From NCBI RefSeq assembly GCF_964204645.1, contig NC_134026.1, positions 24,090,150 to 24,154,149 on the forward strand: a DNA stretch of 64,000 nucleotides, in the 5' to 3' direction. Below, piece after piece: positions 28,591-41,469 of the stretch (the first letter of the stretch is position 1; every line of letters begins with the position of its first letter). This DNA is from Tubulanus polymorphus (Eukaryota > Animalia > Nemertea). Position numbers and translations under genes: made by a program. A model generated the notes under the pieces. That model worked only from the letters and a program-made list of their open reading frames with translations. It made no database searches and was not told the DNA's origin.

Positions 28591-29984
28591 GGTCTAACTA
28601 AAGTAAGTAAAACCGTGCTTACCTGATCAGTAATTATTCTGTTGCTGTTAGAATTTCCCCTTTTCTCCTTAATCACTATGTAGAAGATCGTAGCTCTATG
28701 TTATCATCATTCACTCATATTGCATCAGTTATAGATTGATAATCCAATGTTTCTTGAATGGTCAGTCTTGAAATTTGTTTGTCGAGATTCAAGATTTTCA
28801 GGCAACACACTGGTTAAACCAAGGATAAATAATTTGATTAAGTAGCGATGTAAAATTCGGCTGCCAAGTACACAAAGCTTTAACTACTGCTCACAATAAT
28901 GTTCCAATTGGAAACCTCCACTACTGATCACTTTAATCCAAATTCTTTTGAACGCACCAGCACCACTTGTCTCTTGTCCACAAAAAGTAGGCTATCAGAA
29001 TTTAGTAGATTCAAATTTGTAGAAATTTCTTAAAGGGTTTTTTAAACTAAAAGCCAAATAGATGGACCAAAATAGTAGCCTTAAAATTCAGGGTAAATGA
29101 GACTTCAATTTGTTGAAAACGGAATACAATTTGTCGATAACTTCCAATACGTCAGGATATATTTCTTCCGACCAAACTAAGGTAGAAATGTCTTAAAGAA
29201 GAGCAGCGAATGAAAACTGAGTAGAGTATTTGACAGCAGCAAAATGAGCTCAAGTTTCAGCGTTGTTGTTAACGATACGACAAACCTACAAAAAATACAA
29301 ATATCAATATAATTATGTTTGTGATAGCGTAATTAAGAGAATGGTGCTAAACAAAATAAGGATGCAAGTATGTATTACAGGCGAGTTATAATAGGCCTAA
29401 GTCACCTGCCCACTTATACGTGGCGCTAGGCGATATCAAGGACTTATTAGGGCTATGGTCAGTTCAGGTACAACTAACTATAAGGGCCACCTTAACTACT
29501 GTGAGTTTTGCGTGTGTGGGCGCTGTGTGTAGTAGCCGTTTTATTTAGACATCATTTCAAGGTCTGGCACTGGAATGACTTCTTGCCGAGATGAATACTT
29601 AACTTCAAGGAACATTTCAAACAACTGGCTTTTACCACGCCGTTACATGGCAAAGGATTAAGATCAGGTTAAGCTCTGCTAAATTTACCCCACAATACAG
29701 GAGTTATCTAATATCAATTGGGGTCTCAAGGTAGTGAACATAATAGGAGGCTTAAAAAAGACGATAAAGAGAGAACTCAACTGCCTCTTTCAATAAGCAA
29801 CCTCAAATAAAATGGACAATGTTACTACCCAGCCCAGTCTGACTTTGGCCACGCCTGTTTTCGACAGCTACCGTATCAAATATTCGTCAAATTCATGAGT
29901 TATCGGTTGAGAAGCACGGAATTTCAGCAAATCTGGACGCAGTATTTTTCTCAAGACAAACGCTACAACTACTAAAACCACCGG

Positions 29985-30260
29985 AAATGATCTACAATGG
30001 CTTACTGCGCACGCGCAACGAATGAACGAATGAGGAAATCCTACTGTGGCAACCAAGGATCCATCAGGTTCGCTAGTAGTTAGTAAAGAAATGCAAAGTG
30101 ATATCTTATTGAAATCTTAATCAACCTATTTAATTACGAAAAATGATGTCTTAATTTCAATTGATTCATTTTCTAATAAATCTCTGAACAGTTTGACTGA
30201 TTCTCGTACGAAGTCACGCCAACGCGAGATTCGCTTTTACTTCCGGGTTGAGAAAAATTT
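29985..30260. promoter_or_regulatory. Bidirectional promoter region EIF4ENIF1 / DRG1
   Basis: Lies between divergent genes. NRF1-like tgcgcacgcgca at ~30006 and ETS motif acttccggg at ~30239. Confidence 0.55.
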
Positions 30261-30340
30261 TCGAGCGTGATCCTTGACTTGAATCGGCTATATTCAAATA
30301 ACTACTCCTGTCTTACTTGCCCTAAAAATAAAATATCATC

Positions 30341-32288
30341 ATGGGAATATTGGAAAAAATATCGGAAATTGAGTCAGAGGTAAGCATTCATTTATAATTA
30401 AGTATATGTGCTTGAAATTTGATAGCAGTTGGGAAAATGAGAGCCGGTTTGTGTAGTACAGGTGGCGCCACACAACAATTTGAAGTAAAAATAGTGAAAA
30501 AAAAGAAAACATTTGATTATGGATGATATCATTTCAATTTTCAGATGGCCCGTACTCAAAGAAATAAAGCCACTATGGGTCATTTAGGATTGCTGAAAGC
30601 GAGACTCGCAAAGTTAAAAAGAGAATTGATTGAACCCAAAGGTGGAGGTGGTGGAGCTGGTGAAGGGTTTGACGTAGCTAAAACTGGAGATGCAAGAATA
30701 GGGTTTGTTGGTTTTCCTTCAGTCGGAAAGTCGACTTTACTGAGCAACCTGGCTGGCGTATATTCAGAGGTAGCTGCTTATGAATTTACTACTTTAACCA
30801 CTGTTCCTGGAGTTATTCGTTACAAGGGTGCAAAAATTCAGGTATGTTAAAGCAAGTCGTTTTTGTTTTCCTTGATTTATATGACACACTACTTGTATTT
30901 TTGTTTTCATAATCTATGTTTTATTTTCAGTTACTTGATCTTCCTGGTATTATTGAAGGTGCTAAAGATGGCAAAGGCCGTGGAAAACAAGTTATTGCAG
31001 GTAAATTGAAGCTATGACTGAAAATTTATTTTCTATGCTATTGAGGGGTTATTAGTAAGACTTACGCTCTTATTCTAAATTTCCCAGTAGGAGTCACTGT
31101 CATCTTATTGTTGATATTTGTATTTCAGTTGCACGGACTTGTAACATTATATTTATGGTTTTGGATGTCCTGAAGCCATTGCAACACAAAAAACTTCTTG
31201 AGTATGAATTAGAAGGCTTCGGAATCCGATTAAACAAAGAGCCGCCAAATATCAATTTTCGTAAAAAGGAAAAAGGTGGCATCAACTTGAATGCTACTGT
31301 AAGCATTATCAAGTTTTTCATATTTTTTTCTTCTACAATCACCAATAATACGATATTGAAGTGTGTCTACATTTCGTATTTTGTCTAGTGCTCCCAAAGT
31401 GAATTGGACTCGGATACAGTCAAATCGATACTTGGTGAATATAAAATCCACAATGCTGATATAACGCTGCGAGATGATGCAACAGCTGAAGATTTAATCG
31501 ATGTTATCGAAGGAAATCGTATCTATATTCCCTGTATCTACGTTCTAAACAAGATTGATCAAATTAGTATTGAGGTATGTTTGAAGCTCTGGATGATATG
31601 ATGTCCAATTTATAGCCTATTTTCCTCAGTGCTGCTATATACTTTGCTGATGCTTCCTCTTTCAGGAGCTGGATGTTATTTACAAGGTGCCTCACTGCGT
31701 TCCTATATCTGCTCATCACAAGTGGAATTTCGACGATCTATTAGAAAAAATGTGGGAGTATCTACAACTTGTCAGAATGTAAGTAAAACAATATAATGCT
31801 AACAAAATGGGATATACACTGAACACGTTTTTCACTGTTCTGTTAAATTGGATACAGGATGTGGTAAATAGCGATTTTCACTTAGAATATTTCTCTTGTA
31901 GTTATACTAAACCGAAAGGACAGCTTCCAGATTACTCCGCTCCTGTTGTGTTGAAACTCGGACGTGTGACTATTGAGGACTTTTGTCATAAACTTCACAG
32001 AAATCTTATGAAAGAATTCAAGCAGTATGTGTATGAGAATTAGTTGAAATTTTAGAATCTGTTATGTATAGAAATGTTTAATGATTTTGTCATCTGTTAC
32101 AGTGCTGTAGTATGGGGATCCTCGGTGAAACATCAGCCACAAAAAGTTGGTAAAGAACACGGTCTCAACGATGAAGACGTTGTACAAATTGTTAAAAAGT
32201 ATGTTATAATTTTATACTTGCCTTATTCCTTGTGATCTTCGAAAAATATACATTGTTTGAATCCATGTGTTTTTTCTTCAGGCATTGA
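30341..32288 (+). CDS. DRG1: Developmentally regulated GTP-binding protein 1
   Basis: [13 protein letters not shown]|[81 protein letters not shown], and a TGS domain ending [11 protein letters not shown]. Confidence 0.96.
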
Positions 32289-33285
32289 TGAAAAGTCCCA
32301 GAATTTTGGAAATAGTTTCAAATTTGGCTGTTTTGAATTCATGAGTTCACATGGATCCTTGCATTTTGTTGGATATCGGCTTTGAGTCATTCAGGAACTG
32401 AAGAAATTCACCCTTGGACTTGGAAGTAGAAGACTTGAGTGGAGGATTAATTTCTTACAATTTCTTTAACCGCATTGTGCTGTATATCGTTTAATCATGT
32501 TATTAAATGAGAATATATTATTCTCTGAATTATAAACAGCGTTTTTCCTTCATCATTTTATCGAATAGGATTTATAATCTTAAGTTAACTCGAAAAAAAG
32601 GCAGTCTAGGTATCAGTAAGTTCTACAGAGGTTGAAAGAGCAATCGATCAAAACGGGAAACTTGGATCCGAAAGTCGTAAAGATGAATAATTTTAATGAG
32701 AAGGATTCGAACCTACCTAATTGGATTCGAATCGTGCAGTACTTTGAGTAGTGTGAATTATCCAGTACCATATCGTAACTAAAAAGTTTATATATATTCC
32801 GATAATTCTTCCTCAAACGTGGAATTAATGCCAGTTTATGACACCAAACACCCCCGGGTCTTACGATTATTGCTCGCAGCCATTCTTGATTTGTAACTGA
32901 TTCGAACCAGAGTGTCTCTTGCGGTATAGAATATTCAATCAATGAAATTTTATTGAACCGTATTTTTGTCTGTCGTGCTAATTACCAAACATTAACTATT
33001 TATACTAACTCACTTTCGCTCTAATGAGTGACAGAATGATATTTGACTGATATCCAAGATACAATTGTGAAACCCTGAAATTATCATATGAGCATTTTGA
33101 AAAAAACTGTATATAAGGAGGTAATTAATTCCACAATAATCTGCTGATTAATGGACCATGATTATGAATAGGCCTATTTTCCCTATCAATAATAATGTCC
33201 ATCATAATTTTCCCTCAAACCATTTTTTCACTAACAGGAAAGAATTGAGAAATAAGAAGAGAAAAACAAAACAAGACATATCATT

Positions 33286-35371
33286 ATGGCAAATGATGGC
33301 TTTATCGATTTTATTGTCAAATGGAGTGGTAAAGAATATAAAATTGAAGGCCTTTCAGAATCGGAAACTGTGTATAACCTGAAAGATGCCATCAAGAAAC
33401 AAACAGGCGTAATGCCTGAACGAATGAAACTGATGGGTTTGAAGTATAAAGGTAGAATCAAATTGCTTTCTGAATTCAAATCCTATGATTGTTTATTATC
33501 ACGTGTGACTACACTGTAGGTAAACCTCCTGATGATGATGTTTCCCTGGGTTTGATGAAACTAAAAGCAACAACTCGGGTCATGATGATGGGCACAAGAG
33601 AAGATGATCTGGTAAAGCAGTTTTTTTATAGATAATGCATAATTTACAATAACATAGACTTTACCCCTTTGATGTTATTACATTAGCGACAACTTTCAGG
33701 TTGATATGGAACCTCCGAAGGATTTACCTGAAGTGGTAAATGACTTCGACATTGAGGAAGAGGAAATAGCCATTGAAGACAGGTTTGTAATTTACTTGAG
33801 TTGAAGAGTTTGGTATTATTCTTACTGTCATTTTAAGTGTAGCCTATTAATTAATTTTCAATTGTCTGCATTGTAATTTATAAAGGGAGGAATTCTTATC
33901 AAAAATAGAGAAACGTGTTCGAGACTATAAGATAGACATGATTAATGAGCCTAGACCTGGAAAAAAACTGTTGGTGCTCGATATCGACTACACGTTATTT
34001 GGTAAGTTCCGTTCTGTTAGAAATAAAAACCGAAGTTGATGATATAATGTAGTCGTCATATGTGATTATTGTATTAGATCATCGATCTGTTGGTGAAACT
34101 GGTAATGACCTGATGCGACCATTCCTTCATGAATTCCTTACTTCTGCTTATGAAGATTATGATATCGTCATTTGGTGTAAGTTTATCGTGAAATGATGGT
34201 AAAACATTTAATCATAGATGTGTGACTGTGCTTGTTTCTGTTCCTTATTGAAAATTCATTTACTTTCAGCTGCTACTGGTATGAAATGGATTGAAGCGAA
34301 GATGAACGAACTGGGAGTGTCAGCGAATCCGAACTATAAACTAACTTTCATGTTAGACAGTACTGCCATGATAACTGTGCATAGTCCTAAATATGGCGTC
34401 ATTGATGTATGTTGCTGGTAAATCATGCAAAATTCTTTATCCCAGTATACCAACTACCGGTATATTATGCGAAATCTTATTGTTATTGTAGGTCAAACCA
34501 TTGGGGGTAATTTGGGGTAAATTTTCTTGTTACACGTGCAATAACACTGTGATGTTTGATGATATGCGAAGAAACTTCATTATGAATCCTAAAAATGGAT
34601 TAAAGGTTGGTATACGAATAGAAAGAATGATGTATCCCTGCTCTATTTCTGCCATCATTTCCCCACTTGGCGGGCTTTTGCATTCACTCTTCGTCCGTCG
34701 TCCATCCATTTGTTTGGTTTTTTTTTTAAAGAAAAGGTTTTATGATCATATAGGGGAGTTAAATATTAAATTGCATACAACTGTACAATATTTCGAGTAA
34801 GTACCTACCGGTATGTGTATTTTGTTATCACAACCAAAATTGCATATTCTAGCTCATGACAGGTCTATTATTGTGGTGAATTTCAAGCTCATTGATTATA
34901 TAAAAATTATCAGATCGTCAAGCATTTCACTAAGTGGAAACAGTGTCCCTGAACCTCTAGGTTCGTAATATCCATTTTTAGATTCGACCGTTCAAGAAGG
35001 CTCATTTCAACCGTGATAAAGATAGAGAATTAATCAAATTAGCAAAATACCTAAAAGACATTTCGCAAGAAGAAGATTTCATGAAATTGAATCATAAGCA
35101 TTGGGAAAGGTATTTTTCTGTTCATATATTAAAGGATAATATGATAAATGTAGCTCTTAATTTACGTACAAGTCTCGTTTGTATCTTTTTTATTGGTGCT
35201 CTGTATTATAATGTATTTCAGATATAGACCTCCTTCAGAAAAGTATGTCATAGTTTTATTTGTCTCGTTAGTTTTTAGCCTATTTTCAAATACCAGGTAT
35301 ATTTCAATTCGCGCTGACTTTCTTTTCTTAGAAACAAAAACCTGAGCAGGAGTCGAACCGAAGAGCCATAG
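33286..35371 (+). CDS. UBLCP1: Ubiquitin-like domain-containing CTD phosphatase 1
   Basis: UBL domain (IVKWSGKEY...[18 protein letters not shown]), HAD motif [35 protein letters not shown] and [18 protein letters not shown]. The last two small exons (35222-35242, 35332-35371) are less certain. Confidence 0.93.
34655..34715 (-). mobile_element. Terminal fragment of the HINE-like family
   Basis: cccacttggcgggcttttgcattcactcttcgtccgtcgtcc resembles the reverse complement of ~6255-6312 with the hairpin loop deleted. Confidence 0.55.
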
Positions 35372-35558
35372 AGAAGTCTTATGAACTGCTGCATTAGGAG
35401 CATCTTTATACCTATGCCATTACTGTAATACAAGTACATGCAGGGAGGCTGTTGACCTCAGATTATGCACAAACGATTGAATTTATTCAGAAGCAAACAG
35501 ATAAATTATTGCTAAAATTACATGCATTCCTGTCTAAGAAAAGCAGAATAGGTTATGT

Positions 35559-35956
35559 TTTTAGCTCCGCTGACCTTCGGTCACAGCGGGGGTTAGGGGG
35601 TCAGCCGTCATTGTCCGTCCGTTCGTTCGTCTGTCAATTTTTTCTTCCAATCGCTACTAGTCTTACAGTTTTAATGAGATCAATTCCAAATTTGGTATGA
35701 ATGTTCTATATGGACCAAGGCCTATAAAGTAACAGAGCCATTTTTTGGATTCGTGGAGTTTCTATTTCTTCACATCGCTACTAGTCCTACAGTTTTGATG
35801 AGATCAATTCCAAATTTGGTATGAATGTTCTATGGACCAATACCTACTAAGTACAGCGCTTTTTTGGATTTGGCCAAAAGGGGGCACCCCTAGGTATGCA
35901 GCTTCTATTTCTTCAAATCACACAGCGGAGCTATATAAGCCGATAGGCTCCTTGTT
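35559..35956 (-). mobile_element. Second HINE/DINE-like element, in the probable UBLCP1 3'UTR
   Basis: tagctccgctg (35562) and cagcggagcta (35923) form an inverted pair. Terminal hairpin ccgctgacc-ttc-ggtcacagcgg, (gtcc/gttc)n microsatellite, and two ~124-bp internal units at 35650 and 35774. Confidence 0.72.
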
Positions 35957-36103
35957 TAAGTAACTGGTTAATGAAAGATATCTGTACTACTGATGTTGCT
36001 GAATATGGTGTAATTTGTGTCTTATCTATAAAATGTATTAAATACATTGTTGTTTATGGTTTTTGCCTTAATAAACATTCTTTTCATTTCTTTAAGTGTC
36101 TCG

Positions 36104-36165
36104 TTCAGTTCTCTTGATATTGGTGGTCTGTATTTCAGTTCTCTTGATATTGGTGGTCTGTATTT
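36104..36165. repeat. Perfect 30-bp tandem duplication
   Basis: ttcagttctcttgatattggtggtctgtat occurs twice, just downstream of AATAAA at 36070. Confidence 0.9.
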
Positions 36166-38099
36166 GCGTGACAATTTCATCACTTATTGTTCTATTACGG
36201 CAGAATAAATATGAATGTGGAATGTCCGGCCTTCATGAGGTTATGGATAAACCAGTTTAAATTTTAGGACTAGAACCCTGGACTTCGCATGTGGACGAGC
36301 TAATCAAACCTAGAAGTGTTGCTCACTTCTGGACTTGGCCCAGGGGTGGCTCCAGGGTTAAACATGGGTGGATTCCAAGCCCCTGACTGGTAATGTAGAT
36401 AAACCTCAGAGGAAGAAGTCGATATGAATATTACACAGAGATGGAGAGAGAACATCATTTATCTTAAGCATCACAGTTTATTGAAGCACATATTATATAC
36501 ATTAATATACTTATCATAATATAATATCTAAACAAAACTCAACAATATCTCAGTAATAGAACTTATTTTAAGGCTTAAATATTAAAACTTGCCTTTTCAT
36601 CATGAATAAAAGTAACAAAAAAAATCAAAATGCAATGCCGCCCAAATGCTCAGTTTTTGAAAATCAGAATAAATAAATGAACATTGTCTGCAAAGAATTT
36701 ACATTAATTGGAATGATTCTTTATAAAGTGCTGCTTCTGTAAAGAATAACATTTTCCTTTCTTCCCTCTTGTGCATGAAAATAAATGAAAGGTTAATACT
36801 CCATATGGTAAAAAAGTCTATGCAAAAGCGGCGCTAGAATGTGATCAGGCGTGGTAAATTTTTTCATTCTAAGAAGCCAAATTACAGAATCATGCAATAG
36901 CAAATGGCACTGTCACCATGCAGGGTTACTCTACTACAATACAGTAGAGTTTGCTTAAGTCGGATATCATAACCGTTCTATTTTTAACTTCTAACCTTCA
37001 AAGTAAATTATGTTTTTCATCTTCTTTATTTTCATTATATATATGCAATACATATATAAAATAATCGTGGAAAGTATGTACTACAGTTGACAAGAGAAAA
37101 TATCAAAATTTCCACGTACGTGCAACTCCGAATACGAATAAGTTGGACTAAAGATTACGGTCACAAGTCATCCAAATATTATGTGCTCTATTGTACAAGG
37201 AAAACCAGCAGAATAACTACAATGCTGCTTATCTAATACATTTATACATTAACAGTCCGAAAAGTGAATACATGTATAAGTCTATCCATCAGGCCCTCAA
37301 AAACCTCTGCTGAAAATATGGAATAGAACATCCTATTGTTCATTACTACACTTTGTTGGCACATATCGGTAATCAAATCTGGTTTTCTAGTGTTACTTAT
37401 GTTGAATATAAGATTTAACAACTTAAATATGAATATTCACGCATTTATGTGTAGTCAACCTATCAATTATACATGTAAATATTGATCATATATATATATA
37501 AAATATGTTTGCCCAGCAAGTATAGACATTAAATGCATATAAAACAGAGCACCATTTATACAGAATATAATACAACACTCATTTTTGACAGTTGTAAACC
37601 ACCTCCAATTTGTAGAATAAGATCTTAGTAATTTGAGCCATGCTGATTGGTACACCCGGTATGTACATATACCTATATTGTATATACTCTCATTATAAGA
37701 TGCAACAGTAAGTGATAATACATAGTAATCACAGAACACTCCATATGAAATTCAATAAGTCAATTTTCCAATTCAAATTTAGAGCCAAGGTAAGCTAAAT
37801 AAAAAATGTAGACCTTACTCAATTTTAGCACCAAATCATTTTCATTTGGAGCTCTGTCTCTCTCCATCTAACCATTTTTTGTTTCCAATTTTGTGCATTA
37901 CATCATCATTCTTGACCATTTCACAACTACATGTACTAACCCTTAAACACAGTCTGAGATACAAACTGACAATATACGTGAACATTTATTCATTATAACA
38001 TGTAAGATATATGCAGTCATAACCAATATATTTCCATACAGAACATCGAACTCAATGGTACATACAGATGTGGATCAGCCTCACAAAGTTCTATGCGTA

Positions 38100-41000
38100 T
38101 CAATCTTCGACTTCTGAGTTACTAGTGGTAGTAGTTTGGTGATTTACTCTCTGTCGACGACCAATGCATAAACAACCGCTATTCTTTCGCTGGCGTTTAA
38201 GCGATGATATTGGTTGCTGACTGATTCGTTCGCGTTCTTCATCACGACCACGTTTCTCATAATAGTCCAATTCTTTCAGATACCTGAATAATATTCAAAA
38301 CGACAAAACACATATATATCTTAAACATAAGAACGGGTTCCGCAGGTAAGTAAGCCTGACATAAAACTCAAAATATCGGAGTATTCGAATTTAAGTTTTA
38401 AAACTTTACCAAAGTGGTGGCCATCGATTCTTCACCAGATATGTTTGATTATCTGTGTGTAGCATTTTGAAGAATTTGAAATATTTGTTGTGCAAAGTCT
38501 GATAGTTGTTACACAGATATGACAGACACCAAGATGCCAGCTGGACGGCATTAAAGCACTGAAATAGAAGAATGGAAGCTCCAGGTACATCGGCTTAGAA
38601 TGTTATCATTAAAGAAGTCAGAATCCTAGTTCAAAATTCCACCTGTGCAGGTTCAATCAATGCAAGGACATCTTCCATAATATTCTCTCCATCATCATGA
38701 GCTTTCATCAGGTGTTTCACAAGCATGCTCTCTAATAAAGAATGCATGCGAGGCAAACACAAGCGATTCGATAGCTCAATCAATTCAACAGGGTCAACTT
38801 CAGAGAAATCTGGACAACAGTCATCGAGATACAGGTATTCTAGTAGATATGAGAATGGCAACTGTTCCAATCCTGGCATCGGTATCTAAAATAATGAAAA
38901 AACAAAAAACTTTTTTAGAAGGATCATAAACCCATATTGAAAAATTGACATTGATATATACCAAAAAGTGTACATACCACCTCAGCTAAACTCTCTTTAA
39001 AGTTATCAGTGAACAAAGCTAACATCCAATCACAACGAGTGACAAGCAGGGCCTTGTGCGCTGGTACAAATCCATCATCCAGCTGAAAAACCACATCTAG
39101 GGACAACATAAATAGAAAGTTACATGTAAGAAACATATTGGGATACATGTGCAATGAATCCGCAGTAGGACGGATTTATCAACAATTAGTTGAATAGAAT
39201 GTATAAATTAAAAGAAATAAGTTACCTGACAGAAATCCTTGCTGAATTGCAAAGTTCCACATACGTTTAAACCTCTCCTTAAAGAATTTAGCTTCCAATT
39301 CTTGATTCAGAAATGCGTTACCATCCAACATATCATTTATCATATTCACTAAATCTCTAAGTTCTAACCAAACAGCAATTTGTTTGACTTGGAGAAGTAG
39401 TTCACTAATATATGGGGCTTTCCCGGTATATAAGTAATTCAATATGTAACGGAAAACAGCTGGAGTGATATCAGAATTTAAAACTACTGCAATTTTGTGA
39501 GTTTTACTATTCTTAGCTGAGCAATCGCTACCTTCAGCGTCCAATGATTCAAATGAATAAACACATTCAAATGCGGGATGTGAGAAATTAGCAATTGAAT
39601 CACTTTTATTTGACTGCGTTTGTTCTTCTTCGAGTAACTTTTGACGGTCAGAGTTTCCTTTTTGTTCTTTGTCACCATTTGCACCATAAATGCTTCCAGG
39701 CTTTGACACCATTTTAGAAATGGAGGCACGGGTAAGCTGTACTAATTGATTGCTGCAGAAAAGTTGTTGAAAAACAGAAGAAGCGGCAAGCAACATTACG
39801 CAATGAGCATAGATTCTACTTCCACGAGATATGAACACAACATCAGCAAAGTTTTCATCTAAAAGTAACTTTTCACAGTCTGATATGTATGTAGATTCTT
39901 TGACGATTATATCTGGAACAACATGCGGTGGTGGCAAGTATGGTGGCTGACATAACGGATAGTTAATACGCTTTAACTGAGGATTCCAGAATCGCATGCG
40001 CCGTCTTTCAATCAACGCTGCTCTTGTGATATTCTCAAAAAGGTGTTCAACACCGTGCTGTGTTAGTACACTTGTCTCATAATATTCAGCTCCAATATCT
40101 TTTGCTACTTCTCTCCCTTGCTCAGGTGTGATGATTTCAGACTCTTTAATTTCCCTAAAATGGAATATCAATCCTGATGTGATGAAGTTGAGATACTTTT
40201 TTTCACAACCCGTTTTACATACCAGACACAAATCATTGAAAAGATAGCATGTTATCATTTTGACACATGATAAACAATAATCGTTTCATTTGAAGATACC
40301 ATATGACATTCATTATTATATCAATATCACTTACTGAAAGAAAAGTCCTTTATCCATGGCTTTAAACTTCGGGTCTTTGTACAAGTGCCGAAGATCATTT
40401 TGACATCCACAAAGCACAATAGGAGTTCCCGGACAGTAACGTTTTATCTCACAGTACCAGATATTCCAAACGTTTCTCAATGACATCGGACGAACCACAG
40501 AAAAGCATAGTAACACCACATCAGCTCTATAATCATCATAATAAATAATTTCATGTTTTTGTTATGGACTGTGAAGAAAATTACAGGGCACTAGTAGACG
40601 GGATATTCCTTTGATATGCTCCTGTTTAGTATAATCAGGGAGGTGGGAGTGAACTCCCACCTCCCTGGTATAATGGACCAAATTGCCACTGGTATTTCTT
40701 TAACCATGCAGATAGCAATCTACAATGAGCCTCAAGGAAAGGTGGGGCATAAACTATATGATTATGTCATCTAAAATTAACTATAGGGACAAGCGCTTGG
40801 GAGTTGAGTCACAAACCTTGAACAAGCAAATCTCCTGTCCTTATCATGGTAGCCAAAAGTGTCCCAAAGTCGAAGAGACACTGCAACTCCGTCAACATCA
40901 CAGAAAGATAATGACAGTACCTGTAATTAATTGATCAATGCGATACTGATAATAATAATCACTGTCATGATTTCATTGTCTTTATATTAGATTAGCGGTA

Positions 41001-41469
41001 ATATAGGCTACAGCAAAAGCGTGTTATATATCACAAATTGATTTGTGCATATCATCGTGCAGATGAAACATATCGCATTCATGTGTTCTATACAGACGCC
41101 CAACTCATACTCAAACCACTATAATCATGGAAAAATTATTTACACTTTTCACAAATGAATCTTTTTAATATGAATATTTGTTTCCTGATTCTATGCAGGG
41201 TTTATTCTCAAGTATCTGTGGTGGAAAGAATGTGGAGCAAATTTCAACACAAAACTGAATATCAGGCTGAATAATCAAATGCATACCTCACGGTCCATAT
41301 TGTAGTTATCTATGGCCCATACTGTTGGAATATGGGTCTGCATTAGTTGTTCAAGGGAGTATCGAGAATGACATGCCCTTGAACAAACTAATCGCGTCTT
41401 ACCAACTCCCGAATCACCGATTACGACACACTTCACCAATTCCATGTGCGGTTGGTCATACTCAGCCAT
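38100..41469 (-). CDS. RHOBTB: Rho-related BTB domain-containing protein (RhoBTB1/2-like)
   Basis: [49 protein letters not shown], two BTB domains (ADVVF...AH; [25 protein letters not shown]), and [14 protein letters not shown]. Probable 5'UTR exon near 43260-43350. Confidence 0.93.
40636..40667. mobile_element. 32-bp perfect hairpin flanked by a 7-bp direct repeat (minimal TIR-only insertion)
   Basis: gtataat|cagggaggtgggagt-ga-actcccacctccctg|gtataat. Confidence 0.65.

Noticed and set aside
32695-32915. B-box-like ggttcgaatc on the minus strand (similar strings at ~42884 and ~62763)
   Set aside because: No cloverleaf stems could be built. At most SINE remnants, so not called as tRNA.
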